Source: Alphaproteobacteria bacterium (GTDB taxonomy: Bacteria; Pseudomonadota; Alphaproteobacteria; MPNO01). Taken from it: DNA of 64,000 nt. Within the stretch, counting starts at the first letter, position 1. Every line of letters begins with the position of its first letter. Positions 60,188-64,000 of this stretch are shown here, piece by piece. The DNA is taken from positions 4,358,011 to 4,422,010 of the forward strand of contig OZ220750.1 of the NCBI GenBank assembly GCA_965117055.1. Reading direction: 5' to 3'. Under the pieces are notes generated by a model. The model searched no databases. It was not told the DNA's origin and was given only the letters and a program-made list of their open reading frames with translations. The translations under genes were made by a program, and so were the position numbers.

Positions 60188-60403
60188 ATGGACGACCGCT
60201 ACACCGAATCCGCCGCGCCGTTCAACGGCGAGGACCGCCTGCTCCTCGCCCGCCTCGACGAGCGCACCCGGGCGATCCACCAGCAGCTCGAGAAATTCGT
60301 CACCCGCGACTCCTTCCGCCCGGTGATGCTGATCGCCTACGGCATGATGGCCTCCGTCGCGCTCGCCCTCCTCGGCGCAGTGCTGGAGCAGGTGTTGGGG
60401 TAG
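60188..60403 (+). CDS. Small membrane protein
   Basis: 71 aa; GGAGGAA SD; C-terminal TM helix VMLIAYGMMASVALALLGAVL. Confidence 0.4.
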   Translation: MDDRYTESAAPFNGEDRLLLARLDERTRAIHQQLEKFVTRDSFRPVMLIAYGMMASVALALLGAVLEQVLG

Positions 60404-60442
60404 GGGGGCGTTACGGTCAGCGAGGATCCTCCCCATACCCCC

Positions 60443-60478
60443 TTGACTAACAGTGTTTTTACATATATTAACACTGCT
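60443..60478 (+). promoter_or_regulatory. Putative promoter with operator palindrome for the vapBC-like operon
   Basis: TTGACT-N17-TATTAA; inverted repeat AACAGTGTT / AACACTG(C)T flanks the -10 region. Confidence 0.45.
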
Positions 60479-60499
60479 GGTCACAGGAGGGAGCGAACA

Positions 60500-60922
60500 G
60501 TGAAATACCAGCTTCTGGAAGCCCATCTGCTCGAATGCAGGGAGTCGGCGGTACCGATGACGTTCGACGAGGTCGAGGAAATCATCGGGACCGGGCTGCC
60601 GCCGTCGGCCTTCAAGCATCGGTCCTGGTGGTCGAATAACCCTTCCAACAGTGTTATTACCCATGCCTGGCTCAGCGCCGGGTATAAATCGGCGGAGGTG
60701 GACATGACGGGTCAAAAGCTGGTGTTCCGCAAGTCGGGTCCCGACGGCTCGCTTTCCGACACGGGCGACGCCGGCCCTCCGACGGTCGATCCGGAGGCCG
60801 CCGGGATGCCGCGCCAAAGCATCCTCGACCGCATCTCGGGCGCGCTCAAGGGCACGGTGACGGTGAAACCGGGGACCGACCTGACGCAACCCGTGGACGT
60901 GGAATGGGAGGCGGCCCGGTAG
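60500..60922 (+). CDS. Composite antitoxin-like protein (unassigned N-domain plus VapB-type C-terminal tail)
   Basis: GTG after AGGAGGGAG; KYQLLEAHLL...MTFDEVEEIIGTGLPPSAFKHRSWWSN; tail GALKGTVTVKPGTDLTQPVDVEWEA; 6 nt before the PIN gene. Confidence 0.6.
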   Translation: MKYQLLEAHLLECRESAVPMTFDEVEEIIGTGLPPSAFKHRSWWSNNPSNSVITHAWLSAGYKSAEVDMTGQKLVFRKSGPDGSLSDTGDAGPPTVDPEAAGMPRQSILDRISGALKGTVTVKPGTDLTQPVDVEWEAAR

Positions 60923-60928
60923 CCGGCG

Positions 60929-61342
60929 ATGCCCGTGTTCCTGCTCGATACCTGCGCGGTGATCTGGATCGCGCGGGACGAACCGTTGCGCGAGCCCGCC
61001 GCGAGCGCGTTGGCGGAACTGTACGCCGAGGAGGGCCGGTTGGCGGTGTCCCCGATCACCGCGTGGGAGGTCGCGATGCTGGCGGCGAAGGGGCGCATGG
61101 CTCTGGCGCTCAGGCCCGAGATCTGGTTCGACAGGATTTGCGCGATACCCGGCGTCGCTCTCGCCGAGATGCCGCCGTCGGTGCTGATCGCGTCCTGCTC
61201 CCTGCCGGGCTCCCTGCACGCCGATCCCGCGGACCGCATCCTCGCGGCGACCGCGCGGGCGTTCGGATACACGCTGGTGACCCGCGACCGCCGCCTGCTC
61301 GACTACGGCGGCGAGGGGCATGTGCAGGTCATGGCGTGCTGA
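60929..61342 (+). CDS. vapC: PIN-domain toxin VapC
   Basis: 137 aa; MPVFLLDTCAVIW..., SPITAWEV, DPADRILAATA, LVTRD acidic quartet. Confidence 0.85.
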   Translation: MPVFLLDTCAVIWIARDEPLREPAASALAELYAEEGRLAVSPITAWEVAMLAAKGRMALALRPEIWFDRICAIPGVALAEMPPSVLIASCSLPGSLHADPADRILAATARAFGYTLVTRDRRLLDYGGEGHVQVMAC

Positions 61343-62036
61343 GGCCCGCCTCCCCGACCGGCTCGACGCAGGCAGGTTCGTCGTTGGCGGGCTTGTTGAC
61401 CAGGGTGCTCACCGGGTGGGCTGTCATCGCGTCTGCCGGGTAGGAGCCGAGCTCCACAGCCTCGCCGGCGAGCCACGGGTCGCGGGCGTCGGGCGGGAGG
61501 ATGACCGGCATCCGGTGGTGGACCCGGGCGACCAGCGCGTTGGCGGAGGTCGTCAGGATCGTGCAGGTCTCGATCCCGTCGCCGGGCGCGAGCTCCGCCA
61601 TCGATCCGGGCAGCGGGACGCCGGCGCGCACCGTCCAGCGCTCCCACAGCCCGGCGAAGGCGAACGCCCCGCCCCCGGCCGGCTCGAACAGCCAGGGCTG
61701 CCTGCCCTTCTCGCGGCGCGCCCACTCGTAGAACCCGTCGGCCGGGATCAGGCAGCGCCTTGCCCGCCAGGCGGCGCGGAAGGAGGGCTTCTCGCTCGCC
61801 GTCTCGGCGCGGGCGTTGATCGTCCGATAGCCGATTTTCGGGTCCTTCGCCCAGGCCGGGATCAGCCCCCAGCGCAGCATCGAGAGCCGGCGTTCCCCCT
61901 CTTCCGCGCGAACCGCCGCGACCTCCTGCCCCGGCGCCACGTTGTAGCGCGGCCGCAAATTCGCCGCCGGCCCGGCGAGGCCGAGGAGCTCCTGGATCTC
62001 CCGTAGGGAGAAGCGCTGGGTGAACCGCCCGCACAT
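61329..62036 (-). CDS. SOS-response-associated peptidase (SRAP/YedK)
   Basis: MCGRF N-terminal catalytic Cys2; NVAPGQ, RWGLIPAW, NARAET, PADGFYEW, HHRMPVIL. Confidence 0.9.
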   Translation of the reverse strand: MCGRFTQRFSLREIQELLGLAGPAANLRPRYNVAPGQEVAAVRAEEGERRLSMLRWGLIPAWAKDPKIGYRTINARAETASEKPSFRAAWRARRCLIPADGFYEWARREKGRQPWLFEPAGGGAFAFAGLWERWTVRAGVPLPGSMAELAPGDGIETCTILTTSANALVARVHHRMPVILPPDARDPWLAGEAVELGSYPADAMTAHPVSTLVNKPANDEPACVEPVGEAGLSTP

Positions 62037-62263
62037 GGGAGGAGATTAGGAGATTGGAGGAGCGAGCCGAAGCCCTTGGGGCGGCGTGGGCGGGAGGTCA
62101 AGGGGAAACGAGAAACCACTTGTCAAGTCTTTTATTGTTGATTCCCGAAGGGCCCCTCTCTAGATTTCCGAACTAGAATCCTGCGGGGCCGGGAAGGAGT
62201 TCTCGATCCGAGCCCTCGGCGCGTCAAGGGAAAGGAGGATACCGCCTGACGCGGTACAGAATC

Positions 62264-62452
62264 ATGGATATCGAACTTACGGCGCTGAAGCAACGCCTGT
62301 TCAGAGATTCCAAGGTGAGGAACATCAAGTTCTTCCCTGGACCCGATGGCGATGCCTCACCAGAGGATTTCGCTCGAGAGATCAACAAGTTTTTTGCCGA
62401 TGCAGAGCACTCTCCAAAGACCTTCGATCCAGCAGCGGACCTCGATGAATAG
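62264..62452 (+). CDS. Small hypothetical protein
   Basis: 62-aa ORF in low-GC DNA, AAAGGAGGA SD at about 12 nt, followed by a strong terminator. Confidence 0.4.
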   Translation: MDIELTALKQRLFRDSKVRNIKFFPGPDGDASPEDFAREINKFFADAEHSPKTFDPAADLDE

Positions 62453-62475
62453 GTTACCCTCGCCACCCCACACAA

Positions 62476-62505
62476 GGGCACCTGAAACACACAGGTGCCC
62501 TTTTT
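62476..62505 (+). terminator. Intrinsic terminator
   Basis: GGGCACCTG-aaacaca-CAGGTGCCC followed by TTTTT. Confidence 0.7.
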
Positions 62506-62506
62506 G

Positions 62507-63073
62507 ATGTCGTATCGTGAGCTCTATGACCGCGCGCAAGGCCAGCCGGGCAAAGTGTCGACCAGGTGGATACGGGATCAGGTCATCGACATTACCCCCG
62601 TAACCGCCGTCAAAGAGCAGTGGACAGGCCTGATCGATGAGACCCGGATCCGCGGCTTCTACGTCGAGGGGCCGCTCGGCCCACCCATCGTACTGGCTGA
62701 AAATGAAGTTCTCATAACCCTGGCCCGGACCTTGAACCGGGACTGGAGACGGATCGTTTACACCAAGGAGCTCATGCACGCGTTCGACACGGACGAAGAA
62801 AAAGCGGACACGCCGGAAAAGTTCGAACTCCAGATGGAAGACCTGGGCGACCCTTCCGCCGATATGTCGCCTCAGGCCAGAGCCGAGATAAAGGCGTTCT
62901 GGAGAGCTCTCGGGGTGCTCTGCAGTGCAGAGCTAAGGGAACAGTTCCGGTTGGCGGTTGAACGGCAAGAGATGAGTGCTGCTGTGGTTGCCGCTCGGTT
63001 ACGTATACCGGAACGGTATATCCGTCACCTTGTGCGCGACGATTTCCAAAACATTGTTGACGGATTGATGTAA
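62507..63073 (+). CDS. Hypothetical protein with degenerate ImmA/IrrE-like motif
   Basis: ATG 2 nt after the terminator U-tract (track start 62495 lies inside the hairpin); RRIVYTKELMHAFD resembles HExxH with first His replaced by Lys. Confidence 0.45.
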   Translation: MSYRELYDRAQGQPGKVSTRWIRDQVIDITPVTAVKEQWTGLIDETRIRGFYVEGPLGPPIVLAENEVLITLARTLNRDWRRIVYTKELMHAFDTDEEKADTPEKFELQMEDLGDPSADMSPQARAEIKAFWRALGVLCSAELREQFRLAVERQEMSAAVVAARLRIPERYIRHLVRDDFQNIVDGLM

Positions 63074-63120
63074 GGCCTCGGCGGTCACCGTTCGAGGACA
63101 AGCTATTGATGCTCCACAAC

Positions 63121-64000
63121 TAGGCGTTAACCCAAGTTTAACAGCCTATTTTGAAGTTTGTTGTTTGTCAGTGTGTTACCGGGCCGGTTTTGGGCGTATG
63201 GCACTACATTCGGGTGATTTACGCCGGATTGTCGATCAGACGATCATCTTCTTGATGCCTCCTGGAGCGGGGTCGGCGCCGAGTGCCCGATAGATGGCCT
63301 GCTGGCGGTGTTCGGCGCGGGTGGGCTTTCGCACATGAAGGGTGCGGCCGTCCTTTCGCCGGAATGTGGCGGTGACGCGCTGCTGGCCGTGGAGGATGGC
63401 GCGCAGCGTGTCCCAGCTTGCGTGTTCGCCGTGGTCTCGCAAGCGCCGGCGGATGGTCTGCACCAGCTGGTAGGCGATCACGGTGATGAAGAGGTGGCCG
63501 TCGGAGCGCTTCTGGGTGCGGTGGAAGATGGGGCGCAGGCCGAGCTCGGACTTGAGCGAGCGGAAGACGGCCTCGACATCGGTGAGCGTGGTATAGCTGC
63601 GCCACAGCGTCTCCTCGTCCCAGTCGTCCAGGTTGGTGCGCAGACAGTAGACGCCGGGGTGGGAGATCATGGTTCCGGCGCGCGGGCGGCGCTGCCAGGT
63701 GACGGCGCGGGCCTTTTCTCCGCTGTCGTCGGCGCGGACGTCGACGACGTAGTGGGCGCCGGCGCCGCGGCTCTTCTCCCTGATGCGGCCGATGCGCTGC
63801 CAGACATGGTCGAGCCTCTTGCGGGTGCGCGGCCGCTTGAGCCCGTCATCGAGCTTGCGGAGCTCGTCCTCGAAGCGCGCGGCGAAGCGTTCGGCGATGC
63901 CGCGCTCCTTCTTCGCCCGCGCCTCGGAGTAGCAGTAGAGCCGCGCTTCCCCGCTCCGGGCGTCGACCTCCTTGTGGACATGAACCGTCTGCCGCGAGCG
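63121..64000 (-). mobile_element. Insertion sequence (partial; end of element somewhere in 63121-63235)
   Basis: Transposase ORF plus AT-rich terminal region; inverted repeats cannot be defined without the other end. Confidence 0.5.
63236..64000 (-). CDS. DDE transposase (IS4/IS1634-like), C-terminal part; ORF open to window end
   Basis: In-frame translation from 64000: ...LYCYSEARAKKERGIAERF...YVVDV...MISHPGVYCLRTN...LWRSYTTLTDVEAVFRSLKSELGLRPIFH...HLFITVIAYQL. Confidence 0.75.
   Translation of the reverse strand, partial: RSRQTVHVHKEVDARSGEARLYCYSEARAKKERGIAERFAARFEDELRKLDDGLKRPRTRKRLDHVWQRIGRIREKSRGAGAHYVVDVRADDSGEKARAVTWQRRPRAGTMISHPGVYCLRTNLDDWDEETLWRSYTTLTDVEAVFRSLKSELGLRPIFHRTQKRSDGHLFITVIAYQLVQTIRRRLRDHGEHASWDTLRAILHGQQRVTATFRRKDGRTLHVRKPTRAEHRQQAIYRALGADPAPGGIKKMIV

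Larger units (their letters stand above)
42189..60403. mobile_element. Podovirus-like prophage-derived element (immunity region plus packaging, head and tail genes; no integrase, replication or endolysin genes seen)
   Basis: CI-like repressor, terS, terL, portal, scaffold, capsid, tail proteins and collar-domain fibre in colinear order; boundaries approximate. Confidence 0.7.

Overview
High-G+C chromosomal segment, probably alphaproteobacterial. Support: der-bamB-yfgM-like gene order, CTTGAC-N17 promoters, a GTA-type 3TM holin and dense REP/REPIN families. The window has four parts. (1) 1-23.5 kb is a housekeeping core: der, bamB, fni, guaA, guaB, rlmE, ppx, tRNA-Gln(CUG), a creatinase plus polyamine-type ABC operon, and a three-subunit molybdenum hydroxylase. 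A low-GC Fic/wHTH two-gene islet is inserted between guaB and rlmE. (2) 23.5-31.7 kb is an accessory patch. It carries a HEPN-motif gene pair, an intact HigBA, two antitoxin genes each followed by a truncated vapC, a second orphan Mo-hydroxylase large subunit, a low-GC islet with two convergent orphan genes, and a RhuM remnant. (3) 31.8-41.8 kb is metabolic: cyclase, HEAT-repeat protein, acyl-CoA ligase, UbiD, VOC, amidase and a heptad-repeat membrane protein. (4) 42.2-60.4 kb is a podovirus-like prophage-derived element. It has a CI-like repressor, terS/terL, portal, scaffold, capsid, tail genes and a collar-domain fibre. It has no recognisable integrase, replication or endolysin genes, and its intergenic regions are colonised by REP elements. 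A VapBC pair, an SRAP peptidase, another low-GC two-gene module and a partial IS transposase follow. The most interesting signals are: two small GIY-YIG nuclease genes, each bracketed by its own family of palindromic REP/REPIN units; a triplicated promoter-plus-terminator cassette just upstream of the terminase genes; the HEPN pair; and the orphan low-GC islets. All calls come from reading the sequence and from remembered family signatures. No database search was run.
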